Of a stretch of DNA of 64,000 nt, positions 10,705 through 19,435 are shown one piece after another. The translations under genes were made by a program, and so were the position numbers. The stretch's first letter is position 1, and each line of letters opens with the position of its first letter. This stretch comes from Sedimentisphaerales bacterium (GTDB taxonomy: Bacteria; Planctomycetota; Phycisphaerae; Sedimentisphaerales; SM23-30): the NCBI GenBank assembly GCA_963666285.1, contig OY762711.1; one strand, given 5' to 3'. The notes below the pieces were generated by a model. That model was not told where the DNA came from and did no database searches. It saw nothing but the letters and a program-made list of their open reading frames with translations.

Positions 10705-11241
10705 TTAATCTTCACCACGCAGCTTTTTATCTAATGCACTCATCATATGTGCATAACCGCGATTGAGATGACGATGATCTTTTAGGCCAATCATTTCTCG
10801 GACTTTTGTTATAATTTCTTCGTTTGGCCCTTCAATCTCAATGAACATACCCAAACGATTAACCTTGTCAAGACAAACCAGACAATTTTCAATTTCGTAG
10901 GTTTTACGTAATTTATCTATTGTTAGATTTGGTGTAAAAGTTAACTGTTCCAGCAGAGCTATAGCCTTATCACAATCATCTACCTCAAGTTCTATTTCGG
11001 TTCTGCTTTTATACTCGCCGCGCTGCCGGGGACCTTTGAAGGTGATCATTGTTATTTCCTGGTCGACAGTTTTTTCTTTGCGGATACGCATACCCGTACC
11101 TTTTCTCAGTACCTTGCGACTGCCGAGATATATGTCGGTTTGGCGAACTATGCTGATAAAATCAGCTTCCAGCTCTTCGAGCTTGGCTTCGAAAGAATCC
11201 AGCTCTTTTACCTTAAATTTTGCTTCAACTTCCAAGTTCAT
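10705..11241 (-). CDS. cyaB: CYTH-domain protein (class IV adenylate cyclase, CyaB-like)
   Basis: N-terminal EVEAK (ExExK), QTDIY, RIR, TFKGP, RTEIE and LD..LG.FIEIEG motifs. Confidence 0.85.
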   Translation of the reverse strand: MNLEVEAKFKVKELDSFEAKLEELEADFISIVRQTDIYLGSRKVLRKGTGMRIRKEKTVDQEITMITFKGPRQRGEYKSRTEIELEVDDCDKAIALLEQLTFTPNLTIDKLRKTYEIENCLVCLDKVNRLGMFIEIEGPNEEIITKVREMIGLKDHRHLNRGYAHMMSALDKKLRGED

Positions 11242-11341
11242 TATCTACCTTTATTATAGAAAGCGACTTTTAAAAATGCCGCAATAATTTTTAATTATTT
11301 ATCATTGCAGACAAATATACTTGCAAGGTTGCCTAAATATA

Positions 11342-12829
11342 TTAGCCTGCAGGAACGCACCTGTCGGCAGCCCAGGCTCTTAAATTGGCTACCTGTTCCG
11401 CCATTGTAACAGACAACGGCGGCGATCCGGTTATTCTCTCTGACATTATTTTATCATTGAGTTCTGTTGTTTTTGAAAAGGCTTCATGTAAGCCTGAAAT
11501 AACCGCTTGCTCTATCTCAGCTCCGCTAAATCCGTTAGCTTTGTCTGCTAGCATATCCAGATCAAATTTCTCAGGATCCTGGTTTCGCTTTCGCAGATGT
11601 ATTTCTAAAATTGTTTTTCTTGTTTCAAAGTCCGGCAGATCGACAAAAAATATCTCATCGAACCTTCCTTTTCGCAATAGTTCTGCCGGAAGCGACTCTA
11701 TGTCGTTTGCAGTTGCCACCAGGAATACCGGGTCAACATGTTCCTGCATCCAGGTGAGCAGTGAACCAAACATTCTGCGTGACAAGCCGCCGTCACTATT
11801 ATGCGATGCGGCAGAAGCAAATGCTTTTTCTATTTCATCTATCCACAATACTATTGGCGACATGCTTTCAGCCTGCTTTAAGGCCTGACGAAGATGTTTT
11901 TCTGATTCGCCAATATAGCTGTCGTACAATTTCCCAGGATCCATCCTCAGGAGCGGTAGTTGCCAGGCGGTTGCAATTGCTTTGGCACAAAGGCTTTTTC
12001 CTGCTCCCTGTACGCCAAGCATTAATACGCCTTTAGGGGCAGCCAGCCCATATTCCTCGCCTTCACCTGTAATAGCTCTATATCGCTGTTTCAGCCATTT
12101 TTTCAAATTGGCAAGCCCGCCAATATTGTTAAGGTCGGTCGGGGCCTCGATATAGTCCAGCAAACCATCGCTATGGAGCACTTGTCTTTTACGTGCAAGT
12201 ATGCTGTTAATGTCTTCCTGGTTAAATTTTCTATCTCTGGCTACAGAGTCGGCAATAACTTCTTTGGCCTGCCTGCGGGTCAAACCTCGCAAGTTTCGGA
12301 TAATTGTATTTAACCCTTTTCTGGTAATATCTATCTCTATAGGTTTTACCTGGTGCATTTCACGCAGTGTGCTTTTTACCAGTGATTCCAGTTCCTGTTC
12401 GTCTGGTAGCGATATTTCGAATTTTGTAACCAGCGGCTTTATTGCCTGATCGATTTCATTTTTGAAATCGATTAGAACAAGCTTGTTTCCGGTTTGTTCA
12501 AACTGGAAAATTGTATCTCTTAACAGTCTAACTGTTTTTGGTTCGTTAAGATGTTCCAGTATGTCCAGCATGACAAACACCGTTTTTTCCTGGCAACGCA
12601 TCATGGTGTATAATGCGGCTGCCGGGTGTTCTGTGCCGGAAACAGGTTTCGTGTTTGCGAGCAATCCTTGACGCAAACCTTCTACAATTGACCATTTCTG
12701 AATCTCGTAACCTGCGTTTGCAGATACAGTTGTAACCATTTCACGAGCGTACGGCTCTTCATCTGTGATAATAGCTATACAGGAACGGCCCCCTGTGAGT
12801 AATTCTTCAAATCGCTTGTAATCTTCCAT
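11342..12829 (-). CDS. Ycf46-like AAA+ ATPase
   Basis: IGGLANLKKWL, PKGVLMLGVQGAGKS (Walker A), LWIDEIEKAF (Walker B), RKGRFDEIFFVDLP and C-terminal LRAWA. ATG at 12829. Confidence 0.9.
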   Translation of the reverse strand: MEDYKRFEELLTGGRSCIAIITDEEPYAREMVTTVSANAGYEIQKWSIVEGLRQGLLANTKPVSGTEHPAAALYTMMRCQEKTVFVMLDILEHLNEPKTVRLLRDTIFQFEQTGNKLVLIDFKNEIDQAIKPLVTKFEISLPDEQELESLVKSTLREMHQVKPIEIDITRKGLNTIIRNLRGLTRRQAKEVIADSVARDRKFNQEDINSILARKRQVLHSDGLLDYIEAPTDLNNIGGLANLKKWLKQRYRAITGEGEEYGLAAPKGVLMLGVQGAGKSLCAKAIATAWQLPLLRMDPGKLYDSYIGESEKHLRQALKQAESMSPIVLWIDEIEKAFASAASHNSDGGLSRRMFGSLLTWMQEHVDPVFLVATANDIESLPAELLRKGRFDEIFFVDLPDFETRKTILEIHLRKRNQDPEKFDLDMLADKANGFSGAEIEQAVISGLHEAFSKTTELNDKIMSERITGSPPLSVTMAEQVANLRAWAADRCVPAG

Positions 12830-13038
12830 AATCCCAAGGTTCTTAAAAGTGTAGGCAAATACTTCAAATCTGCCAATTTGGCGCAATTATAAGCGATTAA
12901 TTGTTTTTTGTCAAATCTGCAATACCGTATATTTCAGTATTATGGGGGATAATGTTGATATAAAGAGATTTTTATAAATTTTGATGCCAATCGCATTTTT
13001 TCTTGTCGTTTGGAATTAAAGTGATATAATTTAATTGT

Positions 13039-13347
13039 CTGATAAAAATATTCATTCGAATTTTAGTGAATCTAAATATTTCATATTTCTGAAATTTAAC
13101 ATTAGTCTACGAAATCTGATAAAAATTTGATAATACCGGCGAATTGCTGGGAATTTCTGATATTAATTCTGATATCTGAGTATTAGTTCTGATATTAATA
13201 ATGCCAGTGCGGGTATTTAAGTGCAGTTTTTACTGAAAGCTTATTGATAATCTTAAGAACTGATATGTTATCAGTAAAAAGTATTCTCACTGAGTATCTT
13301 TGCTGAGTATCTTTGCTGAGTATTTTCTGAGTATCCTCACTGAGTCA
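13039..13347. repeat. Cluster of short CTGA(G)TAT repeats in divergent intergenic region
   Basis: CTGAGTAT at 13176, 13290, 13303, 13316, 13327 (CTGAGTCA at 13340). CTGATAT at 13157, 13169, 13189, 13260. Confidence 0.7.
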
Positions 13348-13426
13348 GTTGGAACTGTGTGGAAGTTTTCTTTGTTGGAGGGCTGGCTGATGTGTATTGA
13401 TATTAATGTAAGGAGTGTAAGTAGTT

Positions 13427-13942
13427 ATGATATATTTTAAATGCAGTCAATGTAATGAACACCTGGAAGCGCCGACATCTATGTCCGGTGAAAAGCTGCA
13501 GTGTCCGGTATGCAAGTTCCCCGAGATCGTACCTAATGAGGATGAGAAGATCAATTTAGATCTAGGAAGTGCTATGGCAGCAAGTGAATCGTCGATGAGC
13601 GATAGTGCCGGAGGTGAAAGTATAGCAGTAGCAGAGCTTTCTGGTGATACCAAAGTAGGAGTTGGTATTACCGGCACGTCACAAATAAAGGCATTTGGTA
13701 AGGATCATTTACGTAAAGAGCACAAATGGCACAGGCAAACGCACAAAACCGGTGTAGGTGCATGTAGAGTGAAGCTGTTTCACTCTCGTTTGAGTCCAAA
13801 TGCGATGGAATATATGGAAGATAGCATAAACGAATGGCTGGATGAGAATCCTGATATCGAGGTAAAGTTTTCAGAATCAACAGTTGGTGTAGTTGAAGGT
13901 AAGAAGTCAGAGGCTCATATCCTAATAACTGTCTGGTATTAA
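13427..13942 (+). CDS. Hypothetical protein with N-terminal zinc ribbon
   Basis: CSQC...CPVC, AAGGAG RBS, low-complexity linker, compact C-terminal domain ending VWY. Confidence 0.75.
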   Translation: MIYFKCSQCNEHLEAPTSMSGEKLQCPVCKFPEIVPNEDEKINLDLGSAMAASESSMSDSAGGESIAVAELSGDTKVGVGITGTSQIKAFGKDHLRKEHKWHRQTHKTGVGACRVKLFHSRLSPNAMEYMEDSINEWLDENPDIEVKFSESTVGVVEGKKSEAHILITVWY

Positions 13943-14289
13943 TTCCGGGTTATATTGTTGTAACTGTCTGTATATAAATGTATTTATGAGATTAGGGGCC
14001 AGGCGAAAATTAGGATTAGCAATAGGTTTTGCCAATGGGGTAGAGCCAATGGGTATTAAAAGTGGTTCTAAAGGAGTGGATTGTATGGGTACTTTCAGGA
14101 GGAAGGTAAACGAAATACAGCTTGCGGAGAGCCGATAGCAATAATGAATATAAGTTATTGTTTTACAATTTCTTATATAATGAAAAAAAGTAATCTGCGG
14201 GCAAAAAAGATCACTAAATACTCTAAATTTGTGCGGGTTAGTTCGCAACTCGAAACACTAAAGAATTGCGAAAGGAGCCGAAACCCGGT

Positions 14290-14322
14290 AAAGGTTGGCA
14301 GTTTGAAATTGCCAACCTTTTT
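14290..14322. terminator. Intrinsic terminator hairpin
   Basis: AAAGGTTGGCAGTTT-G-AAATTGCCAACCTTT followed by T-run, between convergent genes. Confidence 0.75.
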
Positions 14323-14350
14323 ATTTACAGCGGTTTACGATAGTTTGGTT

Positions 14351-15232
14351 TTAGTTTTGGGGTTGTTCAAGAGGTGTTCGGTCAAGGTTTGGTCGCAGTA
14401 TTTCAGATGATATGACGTTTTTGCAGCGGTCCAGAATTCGCTGGATCATTATCTTGAAGTTTTCAGGTGACTTTTCAGCGTAAGTCTTTGATTTTCCAGT
14501 AACTTGTGTGGTTGATAGTACCTGGCCGGTGTCGGTGTTGACGATCATAATAACAACAGCGAGGTTGGTGCCTGACGGGTCGTCATTGTCGGGCTGCGGA
14601 GTGGTGGAGACTTCCTGGCCGTTGACCATGAAAGCAGGCTGGGGGTCGGACGGCAGGGTCATGACGCTGTATTCCTTGACTGCGGGGGTGGTATGGAAGG
14701 AGTCTTCCAATATTGCGGAATTATCTCGTGATGAAGCGGCTGATTGCGCTATTGCGGCGGTTTGAGGTGTGCTGACGGCGGAGTCCGGCGTGCTGCGGAG
14801 AGTCTGCGACGGCTCACGGGCAGGCTCTTGCGCGATCATGGAATTTTCGATGTTAAATGTTCCGTAGCTTCGTTTTCCTTCGCGATTATTGGCATAAACC
14901 CTTATTTTTTGGCCCGGTTCAGCCTTGATTTCTACGGTGAAACTCATGTCTTCAGCGAGAGTTACGTTGGCTCGGGTACCGGTTTCAGCGTTTTTAGCAT
15001 ATACGGTTGCAATGGATGTAGAGGTGATAGCCTCGGGCCTACCAGATATAGTGACTGTGCCGGGTGTTGTGCCGGGTGAAATTGTGATCAGGTTTTTATT
15101 TACCTTGCAGTATGGAGTTTTGTCCGGGTTGAGATCGTCGGTGGTTAGTCCGGCGAAGGTAAAGGTGCAACAGGTGTATAAGATTGCCAGAATAAATAAT
15201 ACGCGGTTCGACCAGAAACTACAGCTGTTCAT
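14351..15232 (-). CDS. Hypothetical secreted protein
   Basis: Signal peptide (..TFTFA), Ig-like beta domain, Pro/Ser/Thr linker; ATAGGAG RBS upstream. Confidence 0.7.
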   Translation of the reverse strand: MNSCSFWSNRVLFILAILYTCCTFTFAGLTTDDLNPDKTPYCKVNKNLITISPGTTPGTVTISGRPEAITSTSIATVYAKNAETGTRANVTLAEDMSFTVEIKAEPGQKIRVYANNREGKRSYGTFNIENSMIAQEPAREPSQTLRSTPDSAVSTPQTAAIAQSAASSRDNSAILEDSFHTTPAVKEYSVMTLPSDPQPAFMVNGQEVSTTPQPDNDDPSGTNLAVVIMIVNTDTGQVLSTTQVTGKSKTYAEKSPENFKIMIQRILDRCKNVISSEILRPNLDRTPLEQPQN

Positions 15233-15278
15233 GTTACACTCCTATCGTAATTTGCCCGCTTTGAACTGTGTTTATTAA

Positions 15279-15453
15279 GAACCCATCCCAAAATCTTTTT
15301 TTGCATTGATTGGCTGCATTCACCCTGCCCTTCGTTGATCGGCAAAAAACAATCTCGACGTATAATAATACGCCTGCGATAGTTTTTGGCCTCCGCCTCG
15401 GCCATGAATAAATTCGCTCAATCCTGCATTAAAACATATTTTGGACGAGTTCA
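15279..15453. mobile_element. Long imperfect palindromic element (MITE/REP-like)
   Basis: Ends GAACCCATCCCAAAAT / ATTTTGGACGAGTTC. Nested pairs TGCATTGATTG/CAATCCTGCA, GGCAAAAAACAATC/GATAGTTTTTGGCC and CGTA/TACG, with apex near 15362-15367. Confidence 0.55.
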
Positions 15454-15831
15454 AATAACTTACATCAGTCCCAATCGGGCAGCCTCAATTATTAACCCTT
15501 CCTGAAACTCCTATATGCCGGATCTCCTTACCCGGTGACAATTAATACCCAGATTCCGAATTTGTTAAAAAGTTCAAACTGACTCGTGGCCAGTTGAAAG
15601 TTATTTTTAAGTATTTGGTATCAGGCAAGGATAGCCGTAAAGCGGCAGGCCTGTTTAATATAAAAGATTGTCTTAAAATATATTACAACAATATAAAGAG
15701 ACTAATCAATCATACTAAATTAAGCAAATACCTTTCAAGCTGTGAAACTCAAGTTGCCTTAAACATCCACAAATTATCGTATCCGGTCGGGATGTTATTA
15801 TCAAGTAAAAATTGAAATTAGTTGGCAGGTA
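15362..15831 (+). repeat. ~470-bp direct repeat, copy 1 (left of Cas9 locus)
   Basis: Near-identical to 22287-22755 (about three substitutions and a 1-bp indel seen by eye); both copies give the same 73-aa ORF. Confidence 0.95.
15552..15815 (+). pseudogene. Possible LuxR-type HTH gene remnant inside the direct repeat
   Basis: Reads FKLTRGQLKVIFKYLVSGKDSRKAAGLFNIK..KIYYNNIKR, resembling LuxR C-terminal HTH; no proper start. Confidence 0.3.
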
Positions 15832-15848
15832 ACAGGAGAATAAAAATA

Positions 15849-15878
15849 TTGACCAAGGTGGTTGTAAATTGGTAGAAT
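15849..15878 (+). promoter_or_regulatory. Candidate sigma70 promoter upstream of the cas operon
   Basis: TTGACC-N18-TAGAAT with extended -10 TGn. Confidence 0.5.
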
Positions 15879-15977
15879 ACAACAAGTTAAAATTGAACAG
15901 GGATAAAGGATTGCCCGCTTCTTTGAAATCTGAGAAATAATTGTGGTTATAGGTAATTAATTAAATCCAACATTAAT

Positions 15978-16105
15978 AAAAAAAGCACCCTCAAAATGAA
16001 GGTGCAAGAGGTTGTTCCGTGGAACATTGCTCGCACATAACAGCGGAGCGCCTGCGTCTTTTTCAACTTATTGTGAAAAGTATACAGACTAGGATTAATT
16101 ACACT
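15978..16105 (-). ncRNA. tracrRNA: tracrRNA
   Basis: 36-nt anti-repeat at 16070-16105 (+ strand ATTGTGAAAAGTATACAGACTAGGATTAATTACACT versus repeat GTTGTGGATTGACAACAGGCTAGGATTGATTACACT). It continues ...CACAATAAG and ends in hairpin GCACCTTCA/GAGGGTGC + T7 (16005-15978). Confidence 0.9.
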
Positions 16106-16111
16106 ATAAGT

Positions 16112-16140
16112 AAAATACACCAATAATTTGAACGTGTCAA
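16112..16140 (-). promoter_or_regulatory. Predicted tracrRNA promoter
   Basis: Minus-strand TTGACA (16140-16135)-N17-TATTTT (16117-16112) predicts a start near 16105, the first base of the anti-repeat. Confidence 0.65.
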
Positions 16141-16159
16141 ATAGAAATTGGAGTTTAAT

Positions 16160-19100
16160 ATGGTGAAATATGTTTTAGGACTTGATTTAGGGCCAACATC
16201 TATTGGATGGGCAGCAATTGCTATTGATGAAAATGGCAATTTTTTAGGTTTTCTGAAAATTTCAGATTCTAAAGATGGTTTGCATTGGATTCCAGCTATT
16301 AATTCGAGAATATTTCCGATGCCATATGTAGAAAAAACTTATTGTGCTGGAAATAAAGAAACAACCAGAAATAAAAACAGAAGAGATGCTAGAGGGGCCA
16401 AAAGAAGATATCAAAGACGGTCTCAAAGGTTGAATGAAACTTATTGCTTTTTACATGAAAGAAATATTCTTCCAGAAAGAAATGAATATGAGAAATTACT
16501 TTCTTTGGATCCTTTTGAAATAAGAGCAAAGGCTTTAGAGGAAAGAATAGATTTACATCATGTAGGAAGAGCAATAATGCATATAGCAAAAAGGAGGGGT
16601 TTTAAGTCAAATAGTAAATTAGGTGGATTGATAGACGTTGATACAGACAATAAGAGAAAGAAAAAAGATAAATCCAAGATAACTCTTTTAAATACATACG
16701 AAGGAAAAACAATTGGGCAAATATGTTATGAGAAACATAAGGATGATATCTGTACTGCTGTAAGGAATAAAGGTGAAATGAATATATGGCAAAGGAAAGA
16801 CTATATTGATGAAGTATGTCGTATATGGAAATGTCAACAACAGTATTATCCAACAATTCTTACGGACGATGTATTAGAGGATTTAGTATCAGAAGATGGA
16901 AGTAAATGGTTATTATTCAGTCAGCATAGTTATAAATTGTCAGCAAGAAAGCAAAGGAAGTATATTGGAAAATGTTCACTATGGAAAGAAAAGCTAAGAT
17001 GTGATAAAAGTAAGAGAGTTGCACAAGAATTTGTGCTTCTTCAAACAATTAACTACTTAGAAATATATGATTCTTACGGTTCAAAAATTGAATGCGGCGT
17101 TTCAAAAGAAGATAAGCAAAAAATATTAGAATATATATCTTCCTTTGAGAAAGGCAAAAAGTATTCACAAATTAAAAAACATTTAGGATATCCAGAAGAT
17201 TGGAGATTTAATTTTGAGGATGTAGAAGAAGATAATAGTTTGCCAGGAATTGCAGTAGATGATCTGATAAGAGTTATATTTGGCGAAAGGAAGGGCAATA
17301 AGTATGTGCAGATTGTTGATTATAGTGATAGAGAAGCTGTTTGGGAAATTGTGCTTTTATATATTGATGAAGAGATATCATACAATGAATTACGAAAGCA
17401 AATGGTTAAATTTGATGTTGAGGTTCCAGACGAAGATATATTGAATGCTAAACTAAGTAAAGCAAAAGTACCTGATGGACATGTCAAGTATTGTGAAGAA
17501 ATAGTTAAAATTCTTAATGCCGAAATGCTAAAGGGTATAAACTTGCATGAAGCAAAACAGAGAGTTTGCAAACGTTTAGGGCTAAAAAATAATAGCAGAG
17601 TATTGTCCAAATTACCAATACCTGATAGGGCACATGGTTTTGAAACTACTAATCCAAATGTCAAAGTGGTTTTACATGAAGTTAGAAAGATAGTAAATCA
17701 ATTAATAAAAGAGTTTGGCAAACCAGAGAGGATTATGATTGAGTGCGGAAGGTCGATTAAAGCAAATAAAAAACAAAGAGAGGTAATAAAGAAAAAACAA
17801 AAGGATAATAATACATTGAAAAAAAGTGTTAGGGAGATATTTGATGTAAATGATCAAATACCAGCTTTTATTAAATGTAATAAGCCAGGATGGGCAATTA
17901 AAAGATATATATTATGGCAACAGCAAAAAGGTATGTGTCCGTACTTAGATTCCAGTAAAAAACAAATTCCATTATCAAAACTATTTAGTTCAGAAGTGGA
18001 AATAGACCATATTATTCCTCGTGAAATATCATTTGATAATTCATTAAATAACCAGGTAGTATGTTATACGAATGAAAACAGAAATAAGGGACTTAACACA
18101 CCTATTAGCTGGTTAAAGGAAACAAATCCGGAAAAGTGGGTAAATACACAGAATGCGATAAAGCATTGGAAAGAACTGACTAAGCGGGAAAAAATTACTA
18201 TTGATGGTGAAGAAATTACGTTGGAGCCAAATAGGAATAAATGGGAACGTTTTTTTGTAAATAATAAAGATGTGCACAATAAATACAGCCCTAAAAATCT
18301 CCTGAATGACAATTCATACATTGCAAATGAAGTAAAAAAGTATTTACTGAGATTATATCCTTCTGAAAATCAACAGGGTAGACAAAATGTTGACACAACA
18401 AAAGGTATGATCACCAGTGAGCTAAGAAAAATATGGGGAGTTAATAGTATATTGCGTAAAGATGATATTGATCAAAAGAATAGAGGTGACCATAGGCATC
18501 ATGCAATAGATGCAGCTATTTGTGCTGTTACTACTCATTCTGAAATTCAAAAAATAACGCGAGAGTTGCAACAAGCGTTTCCTGAAACGGATTATGGGAA
18601 AATAAAAATTAGTAAACCTTGGTCTGGTTTTGAAAGAGATTTAAAAGAAGTGATTGATTCTATAAATGTTTCGCATCGGCCAAGACGGCAAGTTCGAGGA
18701 TCATTGCACGGAGATAGCTTTTGGGCAAAAGATTCAAATGGAAAATTTGTGCAAAGAAAAAAAGTGAAAGATGCTAATGTGAGTACTGTTTGTGATGAAA
18801 AGGTTAGAGATCTTATAAAGAAATGGAAGGAATCTAATCAAAGTGAATATCCTATGCTGCCAAATAATAATCATAATGTAAATAATGGAGAACCAATTCC
18901 AGTTAAGAAAGTTAAATGTTATTCTGGGAAAAATGAAAATCAATTTATTGAAATCAGGCCAGGAAAGTATGTTGAAAAGCCTGAAAATCATCATGTCGAG
19001 TTATTTGAACTTGAAGAAAATGGATCAACTCAAATAATTGCAAAAATATGGAATACTTATGAAGTATCAAAAAGAATAGCGAATGCAAACCGCAAGTATA

Positions 19101-19435
19101 ATAAACTTGCTAAGAGTGGGGAAAAGTTAAATATGACTAACTGTATAGTTATCCGTGAGCATCCAGAATATTCAGAAGCAACATTTAAGTTTTCATTTTC
19201 AAAAGGGGATATTATTCAAATGGATAGTAAAAAAGGAGGAAGGGCTTATTATAGAGCCGTTAGTATTGGCGAAAATGATTATTGGTTTTGGGAATTGCAT
19301 ATTGCATCAAATGAAAAACCTAAAGCAGATGATTTAGATGGGCATAGGCTGAGAAGCCCCAATAAATTCTTAGAATTGAATGCTAAAAAGGTTACGGTTG
19401 CCCCATTGGGTCGTGTACGGTGGGCAAATGATTAA
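16160..19435 (+). CDS. cas9: Type II-C Cas9 (~1091 aa)
   Basis: RuvC-I GLDLG, Arg-rich bridge helix, KRRGF, RuvC-II IMIECGR, HNH EIDHIIP...N..K and RuvC-III HRHHAIDA. Adjacent cas1/cas2 with no csn2 or cas4. ATG 16160 with GGAG RBS. Confidence 0.97.
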   Translation: MVKYVLGLDLGPTSIGWAAIAIDENGNFLGFLKISDSKDGLHWIPAINSRIFPMPYVEKTYCAGNKETTRNKNRRDARGAKRRYQRRSQRLNETYCFLHERNILPERNEYEKLLSLDPFEIRAKALEERIDLHHVGRAIMHIAKRRGFKSNSKLGGLIDVDTDNKRKKKDKSKITLLNTYEGKTIGQICYEKHKDDICTAVRNKGEMNIWQRKDYIDEVCRIWKCQQQYYPTILTDDVLEDLVSEDGSKWLLFSQHSYKLSARKQRKYIGKCSLWKEKLRCDKSKRVAQEFVLLQTINYLEIYDSYGSKIECGVSKEDKQKILEYISSFEKGKKYSQIKKHLGYPEDWRFNFEDVEEDNSLPGIAVDDLIRVIFGERKGNKYVQIVDYSDREAVWEIVLLYIDEEISYNELRKQMVKFDVEVPDEDILNAKLSKAKVPDGHVKYCEEIVKILNAEMLKGINLHEAKQRVCKRLGLKNNSRVLSKLPIPDRAHGFETTNPNVKVVLHEVRKIVNQLIKEFGKPERIMIECGRSIKANKKQREVIKKKQKDNNTLKKSVREIFDVNDQIPAFIKCNKPGWAIKRYILWQQQKGMCPYLDSSKKQIPLSKLFSSEVEIDHIIPREISFDNSLNNQVVCYTNENRNKGLNTPISWLKETNPEKWVNTQNAIKHWKELTKREKITIDGEEITLEPNRNKWERFFVNNKDVHNKYSPKNLLNDNSYIANEVKKYLLRLYPSENQQGRQNVDTTKGMITSELRKIWGVNSILRKDDIDQKNRGDHRHHAIDAAICAVTTHSEIQKITRELQQAFPETDYGKIKISKPWSGFERDLKEVIDSINVSHRPRRQVRGSLHGDSFWAKDSNGKFVQRKKVKDANVSTVCDEKVRDLIKKWKESNQSEYPMLPNNNHNVNNGEPIPVKKVKCYSGKNENQFIEIRPGKYVEKPENHHVELFELEENGSTQIIAKIWNTYEVSKRIANANRKYNKLAKSGEKLNMTNCIVIREHPEYSEATFKFSFSKGDIIQMDSKKGGRAYYRAVSIGENDYWFWELHIASNEKPKADDLDGHRLRSPNKFLELNAKKVTVAPLGRVRWAND

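Noticed and set aside
12890..13420. AT-rich repeat region as replication origin
   Set aside because: No convincing cluster of TTATCCACA DnaA boxes and no dnaA, dnaN or rep gene nearby.
14081..14410. 109-aa and 108-aa ORFs in the 13942-14351 gap
   Set aside because: No RBS or homology cues; the 109-aa ORF runs through the terminator hairpin and both overlap neighbouring genes.
15594..15815. Duplicated 73-aa ORF as anti-CRISPR or cas accessory gene
   Set aside because: TTG start without RBS; looks like a decayed HTH fragment, and its identity in both copies simply reflects the DNA duplication.
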